Origin: Methanotrichaceae archaeon
GTDB lineage: Archaea > Halobacteriota > Methanosarcinia > Methanotrichales > Methanotrichaceae
Direction: 5' to 3'
Length of the DNA stretch: 64,000 nucleotides
Assembly: GCA_963748825.1 (NCBI GenBank)
Contig: CAVVKN010000002.1
Coordinates: 167,366-231,365, forward strand
Below are positions 19,016 to 28,796 of the stretch, one piece after another. Each line of letters opens with the position of its first letter. The first letter of the stretch is position 1. The translations under genes were made by a program, and so were the position numbers. The notes under the pieces were generated by a model. It saw only the letters and a program-made list of their open reading frames with translations. It searched no databases and had not been told where the DNA came from.

Positions 19016-21229
19016 TTATCCGGGATCGGGCGTAAGCGGTTCATGAGAGAAGAGCGTATAAACAGGACTAGGTATAGTGCAAGGCGTGAATGTTCCACCT
19101 GATGCCTTCCAATTAGTTCCTAAACCTCCTGTGAAGCAATCTTGCGCCACATAACCAGCACCCATGCCACTACATTTGCATTGATATGTCGAATACCAGA
19201 CCTGCTCTCCAGGGTAGCCCAATGGCCCGAGATCTGTTACAAAGGGGGGGCTAGGATGGTTATTAGGCTCACCAACGTTGTTGAAATATCCGAGGGGCGC
19301 AGTATCGGCTGAGCGTTCCGCTCCACCATCGCAGTCATCATCACAGCTATGATCCGCTTCACAGTCAACCGCAGTCATATACTGATGATGCTTGCCTGCT
19401 GAAGCATGTACTATTGGCGATGGCCGCAAGTCCATTTCACCCCAGTAGGTACTACGAGGTGCAGTCCATTCGATTCGGGGATCCGTGGCATTCGCTATAT
19501 AAGGAGTATAAAGGGGAACATCAGACCACAAATCGATATCATCAAGCTGCCAAGTAATGCCGTCCGAGCTGACTAGCTGATAGGTGCCGCCTTGAGTGTC
19601 GCCATAATGCCAGTCTGTACAGTCCCACGATTCTCTGAAGCCACCATCAAGGCGATATAAGAAAGCCCACTTGATGACAATTTGATGATACCCTATGGGG
19701 CGTACTTGAAAGAGGACTCTTGGCTCCCAGCTCTGGAGACTGTCGTCATCTATGTTATGGTCACGGTCGTTCTCATTCTGATCGTAGATGAAGTAGGGAC
19801 GCCAAGCATCTGCTAGAGCGTTTTCGAAATTATCCTTGAGTCCATCCAAATCCATATCAAGGGAAGGATCTTCGCAAGGAGCAAGGTAAATCGATTCGGG
19901 CAATGAGAATTTTAGCTTATCATCAGACTGCTTCAGACACTTGTCCATTTGACAGGTATACGGATTATCACAAGCCTGACGCTCAGCACACTCAGCACAG
20001 CAGTATTCATTTAAGCCTCCGCAAGGATAGCAACCCCTATTTTCGGATTCATTCACGATGTAAGATTCGCTGCTGCCAGAATAATCGCCTTTTCCAGGAA
20101 AAATTTTGCAGATCGAATCAGGGCCGTTGCATTCAACTCCTATCTTGCAGAGAGTCATAAAAGATCCACTTTTATGTTCTCCCTGATTACTTGAAATTTT
20201 GAACCAATATTTGGTGTAAGGTGTTAGACCATCGAAAAGGAAGTCGCTCGAGTCACCTGGAGCATTGATCTCAGCAGCACTCTTGGTTATTGTGAACTGC
20301 TCCACGTTTGATTCATCTAAGCCGCCATGTACAGTAATCTGATCCCCAGGATTGAAACCATTAACTACGAAGCCGATTTTGGCTTGTGTCTCATAGGTGG
20401 TCACAACGACGTATTCGACCTGATCTGGATTTCCAAAGTCTGCGGGAAGGCCTGCTGCACAATTACAATGACATTGCACGTCGCATACAAGCTTCTCGCC
20501 TTGTCCGCATTTTGGTACACTAGTTCCTTGACACCCTCCTTCTACAGGTTCTGGAGGTGGACTGTTTGTATTATCTTCTGGTATTTTCTTAAATCTATTG
20601 ACATCAAAATAGACAGGACCAATTGTACCAATTGTTTTATCTGCCCGGACAATTCCAGTATCCGTTGGCGCGTGGAAATCCTGGCCGGATATTCTAGAGA
20701 TATTCTTGCCCGATACTTCATTTACCTGTCTATTCGTATCTGCTTTCTTTGCAGCTACTGTTCCTATCACAACCTCTACATTAGTGGTCACCCCACCAGA
20801 ATTCTGGCCGGACCCCTGCACCTTGCTCGCGCTCCAAGGATACTGACCCTGGCCGTTGTGGTCAAAGCTGCCTGTAATAGTCATGGATTCAGACGTGCTG
20901 GACAGAACGCCAGTGTAGACCTGCGTCCACTGACCGGCACGTTCCCGGGTGAACCGAATTGTTTCGTCAGGGGATATAGTGCCACTGATGGTATCCACCG
21001 GCTCGGAGGCCACATTGGTGCAGGTCATTGTGCCTGAGATCTGATTCCCACTTTGCTGTAGGTCCAGGTTGAAGTTATAATTCGTGTTAGCCACCATGTC
21101 CCACTGGCCGGACAGAACGCCTGAATAAACCGAATCTTCGGCGCACGCAAGGGAGCATGCAGCCAACATGATCAGGATTAAGACCAATAGTTTGCTGAGA
21201 TTTGATCCAAATAGATATCTCATTAACAA
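19016..21229 (-). CDS. Secreted Cys-rich multidomain protein of unknown function
   Basis: 737-aa ORF, signal peptide, beta-rich N-domain, Cys clusters, FN3-like LTPYTKYWFKI, DMDLDGLKD Ca-loop, His-containing C-domain. Confidence 0.8.
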   Translation of the reverse strand: MLMRYLFGSNLSKLLVLILIMLAACSLACAEDSVYSGVLSGQWDMVANTNYNFNLDLQQSGNQISGTMTCTNVASEPVDTISGTISPDETIRFTRERAGQWTQVYTGVLSSTSESMTITGSFDHNGQGQYPWSASKVQGSGQNSGGVTTNVEVVIGTVAAKKADTNRQVNEVSGKNISRISGQDFHAPTDTGIVRADKTIGTIGPVYFDVNRFKKIPEDNTNSPPPEPVEGGCQGTSVPKCGQGEKLVCDVQCHCNCAAGLPADFGNPDQVEYVVVTTYETQAKIGFVVNGFNPGDQITVHGGLDESNVEQFTITKSAAEINAPGDSSDFLFDGLTPYTKYWFKISSNQGEHKSGSFMTLCKIGVECNGPDSICKIFPGKGDYSGSSESYIVNESENRGCYPCGGLNEYCCAECAERQACDNPYTCQMDKCLKQSDDKLKFSLPESIYLAPCEDPSLDMDLDGLKDNFENALADAWRPYFIYDQNENDRDHNIDDDSLQSWEPRVLFQVRPIGYHQIVIKWAFLYRLDGGFRESWDCTDWHYGDTQGGTYQLVSSDGITWQLDDIDLWSDVPLYTPYIANATDPRIEWTAPRSTYWGEMDLRPSPIVHASAGKHHQYMTAVDCEADHSCDDDCDGGAERSADTAPLGYFNNVGEPNNHPSPPFVTDLGPLGYPGEQVWYSTYQCKCSGMGAGYVAQDCFTGGLGTNWKASGGTFTPCTIPSPVYTLFSHEPLTPDPG

Positions 21230-21793
21230 TCACCTCGACGTGGATCAATCCCATAAGATCGAAGAAGTACTTAATTATGCTTGTTGGCATCTCGGTTTCA
21301 TGACCCAACTGGCCAAACCTGTTTATTATATCCACCATATTCACAGAAGAAAGATGGTTGATATCTAGATTGATTTTGCAGGTTGTATATACTGAGCTAT
21401 GCAACTTATAAGACCGCTTTCGGGCCAGTAAATATTTTTATTAATAACAACCCGATCTCGCAAACCCTGATGTTGCGCGGCGGATTCTGCATCACTTTTT
21501 TCTCTTTAGCCGATGCGGGTTAATCAATAACAGGTAATTGTCGAAAATTCATTCCATAAAGCATGGAAAGGTCCGATAGGCAAAAGTGATTTAGGTATTG
21601 TTTGGAGAGGGATGGGAAAAAGATGTAATCCTCCCAGTTATACATACTCCAAAGAGCTAAAATAGTTATAGATCGCGTTTTAATCCTGACGCAGGTACAT
21701 AGACGCAAATCCCACAGGGCGTTTGCATCGCATCGCCCGGACTTGATCCCCCGTCCAGGCATTTTTCGCTGGGCATTCGAAAAAATCTAGAGA

Positions 21794-22675
21794 TTAGCTT
21801 TTTCCTTTCTCCCCTATCCGTGCGTTGATCACTCTATCCGACCTCACCAGAGCCTCGTGCGTTCCCCCGTAGTGCTCGGCTGCCTCTTGCATTATTTGCT
21901 TGAAGCCCTCCAGATCCCCTGCATCCGCTTTTTCGCACAGCCGCATGCACTCGGCCACAAAGGTCTGGCGAACGGCTGCCGCCTTGGGATTTTTCTGAAT
22001 TGAGGCGTAAAGCTCGGGATTCTGGTCTAAAATTCGGCCCACGAAGTCGATCATGATCTCGTAGACCGGGGACATGAATTTCCTCGATCTTTGCACATCA
22101 AAGTCCAGGGTGCGCAGCGCCGCCCCGATGCCGATGTAGGCGAAGTGGGTGAGCGCCTGCACCACGGCCATGATCTCGTCGTGCTCCTCCGCATCCAAAA
22201 TCTCTACATGCGCTCCATCCGACTCGAAGAGCGACTGCATAATGGGAAGCCACTTTCCCGTCTTTCCCTCTACCGGCGTGAGGATGATAGTCTGACCGGC
22301 AAGAGAGGCCATGGTGGGCCCGAACATGGGATGCGTGCCCAAAACCTCCACGCCCTTGGGAGCATAGGTCTTCATGGCCTTTACCGGCCCGGACTTGATG
22401 GAGGTCACATCCATGATCAGGCTGCCTGGGTGCATGTGAGGCGCAACCTCGCGGATTATTTCCACGGTCTTCTCTATGAGCACGCTGACCAGGACGATGT
22501 CGCTCTTTTCGACTTCCTGCATCATGTCCTGAGCATAGCGCACCCCCAGGCGCTCGGCCACCTCCACCTTTCCGCTCGGGCCCCAGACCGCCACGTCAAA
22601 GCCCAACTCCCTAAAGTAGCGGGCAAACCAGGAACCAGTCTCGCCCGTGCCTCCCAAAATCAGTATGCGCACCAT
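21794..22675 (-). CDS. tyrA: Prephenate dehydrogenase
   Basis: ILGGTGETG, DVTSIK, THPMFGP, EHDEIMAVVQALTH; GGAGGTGA RBS before ATG 22675. Confidence 0.95.
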   Translation of the reverse strand: MVRILILGGTGETGSWFARYFRELGFDVAVWGPSGKVEVAERLGVRYAQDMMQEVEKSDIVLVSVLIEKTVEIIREVAPHMHPGSLIMDVTSIKSGPVKAMKTYAPKGVEVLGTHPMFGPTMASLAGQTIILTPVEGKTGKWLPIMQSLFESDGAHVEILDAEEHDEIMAVVQALTHFAYIGIGAALRTLDFDVQRSRKFMSPVYEIMIDFVGRILDQNPELYASIQKNPKAAAVRQTFVAECMRLCEKADAGDLEGFKQIMQEAAEHYGGTHEALVRSDRVINARIGEKGKS

Positions 22676-22743
22676 TATGCCCTCACCTCCCATCCTTTTT
22701 TCTTTCCTGCCCACTCAAGTGTGATCTTACGTTATGGTCGTTT

Positions 22744-22886
22744 CTTTGTGCGTTCTCTGTGAACTCTGTGAGCTCTGTGGTCGAAACGTCGTTAGCCACT
22801 GGTTATAACAAACGGCTGACGATACTACTACCACCACCGCAGGCACAGAGCGCACGGAGGACTCATGGAGGACTCACAGAGGACTC
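22744..22886. repeat. Dispersed copy of the CAGAG inverted-repeat family
   Basis: CTCTGTGAACTCTGTGAGCTCTGTGGT ... GGCACAGAGCGCACGGAGG..CACAGAGG; overlaps the last codons of aroE. Confidence 0.8.
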
Positions 22887-23728
22887 AATTTTTCTCCCTT
22901 TTCAGCCCCGACCTGTCTGGCCAACAGAGCCTCTCGAACCGCCCTTTCCATCACATCCACGGGAGCTTTTTTCCCCGTCCAGATCTGCAATGCTTTTGCT
23001 CCCTGATAGACCAGCATCATCACACCGTCCACCGCCACTGCCCCAGCGGCTCGAGCGTCCTTGAGAAGCTCAGTCTCCCGGTTGTAGACAATATCAAAGA
23101 CTGCCTGACTGCTTTGCAAAAGCCTGCCCTCCAGCAGCCTGGGGTCGCCCTCTCGCATGCCTACCGATGTGCAGTTTATTATTATGTCCGCCTGAGGCAC
23201 GAGCCTTTCCAGATCACACAGGCAAAATCCCATAGCACCAACCGAGGCCGCCAGCTCCTGCGCCCTCTTTAGGCTGCGGTTCGCGATGGAGATCTCTGCG
23301 CCTTCCTGCTCCAAAGTGTAGGCAATAGCCCGCGCCGCGCCTCCTGCACCAATTATCAGCACGCTCTTGCCCTTGATCTTAACGCCGGCATCCTGCAATG
23401 CCAAAAGGGCGCCCCATCCGTCTGTGTTGTAGCCCGCGATTGCCCGCGGCCCAGCGAAGCTTACCGTATTCACCGCGCCAATGGCCCGGGCGAGAGGATC
23501 GGGCTGCAAGAAATCAAGCTCCAGTGCCTTTTCCTTCAGGGGGATGGTCAGATTCAGTCCGGCAAAGCCCATGGCTGCAGCCCCAAGAAGGGCATCTTTC
23601 AGATCCCCCCGTGCAACACGAAAGGCATGATAGCAGGCCTTTTCACCCAGCGCCCGCAGGGCAGCGTTCTGCATGGCGGGAGATAGGCTGTGCTCTATTG
23701 GGTCGCCAAAGATGCCGAATATCTTCAT
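22874..23728 (-). CDS. aroE: Shikimate dehydrogenase
   Basis: HSLSP, NLTIPLKE, GAVNT, GYNTD, GAGGAARA, DGVMMLVYQG. Confidence 0.96.
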   Translation of the reverse strand: MKIFGIFGDPIEHSLSPAMQNAALRALGEKACYHAFRVARGDLKDALLGAAAMGFAGLNLTIPLKEKALELDFLQPDPLARAIGAVNTVSFAGPRAIAGYNTDGWGALLALQDAGVKIKGKSVLIIGAGGAARAIAYTLEQEGAEISIANRSLKRAQELAASVGAMGFCLCDLERLVPQADIIINCTSVGMREGDPRLLEGRLLQSSQAVFDIVYNRETELLKDARAAGAVAVDGVMMLVYQGAKALQIWTGKKAPVDVMERAVREALLARQVGAEKGEKLSPL

Positions 23729-23806
23729 AGTATGTAATTGCCCTTTATCCCTAAATAAGGTAGTCTCCCCATTATGCGTTGTTCTTTTCAGGAACAACTA
23801 ACATCA

Positions 23807-24340
23807 TCATAAAGTATTGTTGCCTGCGAATATGAACTGTACGGTACTGAAGAACCACTCGTTGAACTCGGGCTGCTGATTGGAACGGGTCTGACGGATG
23901 CCGTCGCCGATGGACACGGGGCTTCGTTTCAGCTCCAGCATGCCGACTGCTATGCCATTGACGTAGAGCACGACATCGGGCCGCCGCTCTTGATTGCCTT
24001 TGAGGGTTACCTCTTCGGCGAGGGCGAAGTCGTTTTTTTTGCCGGCTCTTTCCAGTTGATGAGGTTGACTGTTTCCATGTCCTTTCCCGCTTCGATCTTG
24101 ACTGGGACGCCGTAGCGCAGTATATTGTAAACGGCCTGGTTTTTGGCGTAGAGACTCCGGCTGTGGTTGTCCGCCTCGGTGCGCAGTTTGTAAAGCGCCG
24201 CACTGATCTGCTTAGGGGCATAGCCGTTTCGGGTAAGGTAGCTTTTCAGCATACCTTCTTCGATGTTGCTGTTGCCGTCATCGTCTGTCCAGTTGCCGAG
24301 ATAGCGATAGCCTAGCTCCTCCTGCGCGTAACACCCGCGC
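23807..24340 (-). pseudogene. hsdR: N-terminal relic of type I restriction enzyme R subunit
   Basis: ELGYRYLGNW..NSNIEE...LRYGV...LINW then frameshift (T8 run 24033-24040) to NDFALAEEVTL..RRPDVVLYVNGIAVGMLELK...QFIFAGNN stop; no helicase part. Confidence 0.85.
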
Positions 24341-24407
24341 GCGGCATCCCGGAAGAACAAGCCGCTGGAACGAATCCAATATTCAAAAAATATATGCAAT
24401 ACCGTCT

Positions 24408-25814
24408 CTAGCTCCACTTCCCATCCTTCTTCAGCCACTCGTTCATATCTGCCGCCGCAATCTTGCCCGCACCCATGGCGCTGATGACCGTGGCTCCGCC
24501 GCTTGTGATGTCTCCTCCGGCCCAGACCCCCTCCATTGTCGTTCTGCCCCGCTCGTCCACCACGAGCGTGCCCCATTTGGTGGTCTTAAGTTGTGGCGTG
24601 CTGGTGGCAATGAGGGGATTGGGCACCGTGCCTACGGCGATAACCACCGTATCCACATCGACAATATGCTCAGAGCCCTTCTTCACTCGCGGGCTTCTTC
24701 TGCCGGAAGCATCGGGCTCGCCTAGCTCCATCTCAACGACCTCCATGGCTTTTACCATGCCCCGATCGTCGCCTAAAAAGCGAGTGGGATTGGTGAGGAA
24801 GTCGAATATCACTCCCTCCTCCATGGCGTTTTCCACCTCTTCCAGACGGGCAGGCATCTCCTCACGAGAGCGACGGTAGATGACATGCACCTCATCCGCC
24901 CCCAGGCGCATGGCAGAGCGGGCCGAATCCATGGCCACGTTTCCTCCACCCACCACTGCCACCTTCTTTCCCATTTTAATAGGAGTATCGTATTCAGGGA
25001 ACTTGTAGGCCTTCATTAAATTAACCCGTGTCAGGTATTCGTTAGCGGAGTAAACACCGCTCAAGTTCTCGCCGGAAACATTGAGAAAGCGCGGCGCGCC
25101 TGCGCCTATTCCCAGAAATACTCCGTCATAGCCCCCTTTGAGCAGGCCCTCCACCTGGACCTGTCTGCCCACTACAGAGTCAAGCTCCAGATCGACTCCC
25201 AGAGACTTCACATAATCGATCTCCGATCTGACGATGCCCTTGGGCAGACGAAACTCGGGAATGCCGTAGACCAGGACGCCTCCGCCATCATGCAGAGCCT
25301 CGAAGATGGTGACGGAGTGCCCGAACTTGGCCATTTCTGCGGCCACCGTCAGCCCAGCCGGGCCTGAGCCCACCACGGCGACCCTCTTTCCGGTGGCCGC
25401 CGCGACCTCACACTTCGCCCTTTCCTGCTGGCATAGCTCCCAATCGGCCACATAACGCTCCAGACGGCCAATGGCGATGGGCGCCCCCTTCTTGCCAAGG
25501 ACGCATCGACACTCGCACTGCACCTCCTGGGGACAGACCCGGCCGCAAATTCCGGGCAGGCTGTTCTTTCTTTTGAGGGACCTCACCGCCTCTGGCATGT
25601 CCCCATCCCGCAGGGCACAAATGAAGCTGGGAATCTCCACGCCGACCGGACAGCCTTCAATGCACTTGGGCTTCTTGCATTGAATACATCTGCCCGCCTC
25701 TTCTGCCGCCTGCTCTGGACTGTAGCCCAGGGCAACCTCCTGGAAGTTGCTTTTCCTCTTTTCGGGAGACTGCTTGGGCATCTCCACCCGGTTTAAATTA
25801 ATCTTGCTTGACAT
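24408..25814 (-). CDS. sudA: Nfn large subunit / SudA (GltD-like NADPH-dependent Fe-S flavoprotein)
   Basis: CIQC..C...CP and CGRVCP..QC...C Fe-S motifs, GSGPAG, GGGNVAMD, YRR, AGGD. Confidence 0.92.
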   Translation of the reverse strand: MSSKINLNRVEMPKQSPEKRKSNFQEVALGYSPEQAAEEAGRCIQCKKPKCIEGCPVGVEIPSFICALRDGDMPEAVRSLKRKNSLPGICGRVCPQEVQCECRCVLGKKGAPIAIGRLERYVADWELCQQERAKCEVAAATGKRVAVVGSGPAGLTVAAEMAKFGHSVTIFEALHDGGGVLVYGIPEFRLPKGIVRSEIDYVKSLGVDLELDSVVGRQVQVEGLLKGGYDGVFLGIGAGAPRFLNVSGENLSGVYSANEYLTRVNLMKAYKFPEYDTPIKMGKKVAVVGGGNVAMDSARSAMRLGADEVHVIYRRSREEMPARLEEVENAMEEGVIFDFLTNPTRFLGDDRGMVKAMEVVEMELGEPDASGRRSPRVKKGSEHIVDVDTVVIAVGTVPNPLIATSTPQLKTTKWGTLVVDERGRTTMEGVWAGGDITSGGATVISAMGAGKIAAADMNEWLKKDGKWS

Positions 25815-26043
25815 CTTTTCTACACCGCGCCTCTGAGGCTAAGCTAAGATCTCTTATGGCTGATCATCCTTATGCTTGGGGATACAGATCCTCTTTTTGC
25901 CTGGGAAGAGGACCCTGGGCTTTTTGCTTCTTAATTAGCAGATTCTAGCCAGCCACTCGGCCTTTGAATATTAATAAGATTTTCCTTTCAGAGCAACCTT
26001 CTAATACAATTAATCCTCACCATTGCCAGGCGCGGTTGGGAAC

Positions 26044-28794
26044 ATGTTTGAAATTAGACTGACCATCGATGATCGAGAGGTAGTGGTCCCACAAGGTGCT
26101 ACCATACTCGATGCAGCCCGAAAAGCGGGCTCTTATGTACCAGCACTTTGCGACCACCCAGACCTAAAGCCCATCGGCTCCTGCAAGCTGTGCATCGTCT
26201 CAGTAAAAGGCCTGGATTACTATCCTACCGCCTGCAATACTCCGGCGGAAGAGGGAATGGTGGTAGAGACCAGGACAGAGGAGCTGCAGGAGATGAGAAG
26301 GCACACCCTGGAGATGCTCCTGGCACTCACCAATCATCCCACCAGCTGCCTCTTTTGCGAAAGGAAAAACGAATGCAATGACCTGCGCGAGTGCATGAGA
26401 AAGTTCCCTGTCACCGTGGGCTGCAAGTACTGCCCCAAGGACGGCGAATGCGAACTGCAGGAGGCGGTGCAGTTCGTGGGACTGGAAAACATAAGATATG
26501 AGATCTCTTTTAAGAACCTGCCTGTTTTGAGAGAGCCCTTCTTTGATCGCAATTACAGTCTCTGCATCCTCTGCGGCCGCTGCGTGCGAGCCTGTCAGGA
26601 GGTGCGCGGCGAGGGCGTCCTCACCAGCAATCCCGATTTTCACCGCATGCACTGGATAGGCCCCGAATCACTGCAGGACTCCGACTGCAAGTTCTGCGGC
26701 ACATGCGTGGATATCTGCCCCACGGGAGCCCTCTATGCCAGATCTGAGAAATGGCAAAGGCCGGAGAGGACCACCAGCACCGTCTGTCCCTACTGTGGCG
26801 TGGGCTGCCGGATAGAGGTAGGCGTCCTGGACAACCGGATTGTGAGGGTGAGAGGCAAACGAGACTGTCTGCCCAATAACGGCCAGCTCTGCGTCAAGGG
26901 TCGCTTCGGCCTCGGCTTCGTCGAGAGCCCGGAGCGGCTCACTGTGCCTCTCATCAGGAAGAACGACAAACTGGTGCCGGCGACCTGGGAGGAAGCCCTT
27001 GATCTGGTGGCCGGGAAATTGAATAGTTATAAGGGAGACAGCTTTGCCTTCCTCTCATCGGCCAAGTGCAGCAATGAGGAGAACTATCTGGCCCAGAAAT
27101 TCGCCCGGCTGGTTATGCAGACCAACAATGTAGATCACTGCGCCAGGCTCTGCCATGCTTCGACCGTCTCCGCCCTGGCCCTGGCTTTTGGCAGCGGGGC
27201 CATGACCAACTCCATTTCGGAATTATCGGACGCCGGATGCATCTTCATCATCGGCTCGAACACCAGCGAGCAGCATCCTGTCATTGCCCTCAAGATCAAA
27301 GAGGCGAAGAGGAAGGGAGCTAAGATCATAGTGGCCAATCCCCGCTGGATCGACCTGTGCAAGATCGCCGATGTCTGGCTGCGGCAGACCCCGGGAACGG
27401 ACGTGCCTCTTGCCCTGGAGATGTGCCGCGTAATCCTGGAAGAGAAGCTGATGGATGAGGATTTCATATCCCAGAGAACGGAGGGCTTCCCAGAGTTCAA
27501 GGAATCTCTCTTGAAGCTGTCCGCCTCTGACGCTGAGTGCATTACGGGTGTCAAGTCCGAACTCATACGAGACGCTGCCCGGCTCTATGCTAAGGGCAAT
27601 CCCTCTTCCATAATCTATGCAATGGGCATCACTCAGCACTCTCATGGCGTGGATAACATCTTCTCCCTGGCAAATCTGGCCATGATGACGGGCAACATCG
27701 GCAGGCCCTCCGCCGGCATCAACCCCCTGCGAGGCCAGAACAATGTGCAGGGCGCCTGCGACATGGGTGCATTGCCCAATGTCCTGCCTGCATACCAGGC
27801 GGTGACCAATCCCGATCTTCGCAAGAAGTTCGAGCAGGCCTGGGGTGCGGCTCTACCGGAAAAGCCCGGCCTCACTGTGGTGGAGTTGATGAATGCCGCC
27901 TATGAGGGCGGGGTCCAGGCCATGTACATCATGGGAGAAAACCCGGTCGTCAGCGATCCGGACTGCAGCCATGTGGTAGAGGCTTTGAAGGCCCTGGAGT
28001 TTCTGGTGGTGCAGGACATCTTCCTGTCCGAGACAGCTGCTCTGGCAGACGTGGTCCTGCCGGCAACCACCAGCCTGGAAAAGGACGGAACCTTCACCAA
28101 TACGGAGCGTCGGGTGCAGAGGATCAGAAAGGCTCTGCAGCCCGCAGGCGAGTCCATGCCTGACTGGATGATCCTGGACGCTCTGGCGGCTCGCATGGGC
28201 TGGGAGGGGCAGTTTTGCTATGACCATCCCGGACAGATCATGTCTGAGGTAGCAAAGCTTGCTCCTAGCTATGGGGGCATAAGCTATGAACGGTTGGAGG
28301 GCGATGGGCTGCAGTGGCCCTGCCCCAACCTGGAGCATGCAGGAACCGGGTACCTGCATAAAGGCCAGTTCACGAGGGGCCTTGGCAAGTTCAATGTGGT
28401 CGATTACCGGCCTTCCATGGAGCTACCTGATGAGGAATATCCCTTCATCCTCACCACAGGCAGAGTTCTCTGCCAGTATCACACCGGAACCATGACGCGA
28501 AAGGTGGGCGACCTCAACCTTCTCCGGGGCGAGGAGCTGGTGGAGATGAATCCACAAGACGCCCTCACTCTGGGTATTGTTGACGGCGAGCTGATCGAGG
28601 TAACCTCCCGCCGGGGATCTGTTAAGGCCAAAGCCAAGACCACAGAAAAGTCGCCTGCCGGCGTGGTCTTTATGACCTTCCATTTCTCTGAGACGCCCAC
28701 CAACGTCCTTACCAATCCTGCCTTAGATCCCATCGCCAAGATCCCGGAGCTAAAGGTCTGTGCCGTGAAGCTGAATAAGATTAGAGGAGGCTAG
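26044..28794 (+). CDS. fdhF: Mo/W formate dehydrogenase alpha subunit (Cys type) with N-terminal [2Fe-2S] and [4Fe-4S] domains
   Basis: CPYCGVGC..LCVKGRFG, active-site HCARLCH, LRGQNNVQG, GTFTNTERR; N-terminal C..GSCKLC..AC, CILCGRCVRAC, CKFCGTCVDIC. Confidence 0.95.
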   Translation: MFEIRLTIDDREVVVPQGATILDAARKAGSYVPALCDHPDLKPIGSCKLCIVSVKGLDYYPTACNTPAEEGMVVETRTEELQEMRRHTLEMLLALTNHPTSCLFCERKNECNDLRECMRKFPVTVGCKYCPKDGECELQEAVQFVGLENIRYEISFKNLPVLREPFFDRNYSLCILCGRCVRACQEVRGEGVLTSNPDFHRMHWIGPESLQDSDCKFCGTCVDICPTGALYARSEKWQRPERTTSTVCPYCGVGCRIEVGVLDNRIVRVRGKRDCLPNNGQLCVKGRFGLGFVESPERLTVPLIRKNDKLVPATWEEALDLVAGKLNSYKGDSFAFLSSAKCSNEENYLAQKFARLVMQTNNVDHCARLCHASTVSALALAFGSGAMTNSISELSDAGCIFIIGSNTSEQHPVIALKIKEAKRKGAKIIVANPRWIDLCKIADVWLRQTPGTDVPLALEMCRVILEEKLMDEDFISQRTEGFPEFKESLLKLSASDAECITGVKSELIRDAARLYAKGNPSSIIYAMGITQHSHGVDNIFSLANLAMMTGNIGRPSAGINPLRGQNNVQGACDMGALPNVLPAYQAVTNPDLRKKFEQAWGAALPEKPGLTVVELMNAAYEGGVQAMYIMGENPVVSDPDCSHVVEALKALEFLVVQDIFLSETAALADVVLPATTSLEKDGTFTNTERRVQRIRKALQPAGESMPDWMILDALAARMGWEGQFCYDHPGQIMSEVAKLAPSYGGISYERLEGDGLQWPCPNLEHAGTGYLHKGQFTRGLGKFNVVDYRPSMELPDEEYPFILTTGRVLCQYHTGTMTRKVGDLNLLRGEELVEMNPQDALTLGIVDGELIEVTSRRGSVKAKAKTTEKSPAGVVFMTFHFSETPTNVLTNPALDPIAKIPELKVCAVKLNKIRGG

Positions 28795-28796
28795 AG

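Noticed and set aside
24408-25814. Glutamate synthase small subunit
   Set aside because: No large subunit nearby, while a SudB/NfnA partner is present in the same locus.
26044-28794. Selenocysteine-containing FDH
   Set aside because: The active-site codon is TGC (ARLCH) and the ORF has no in-frame TGA.
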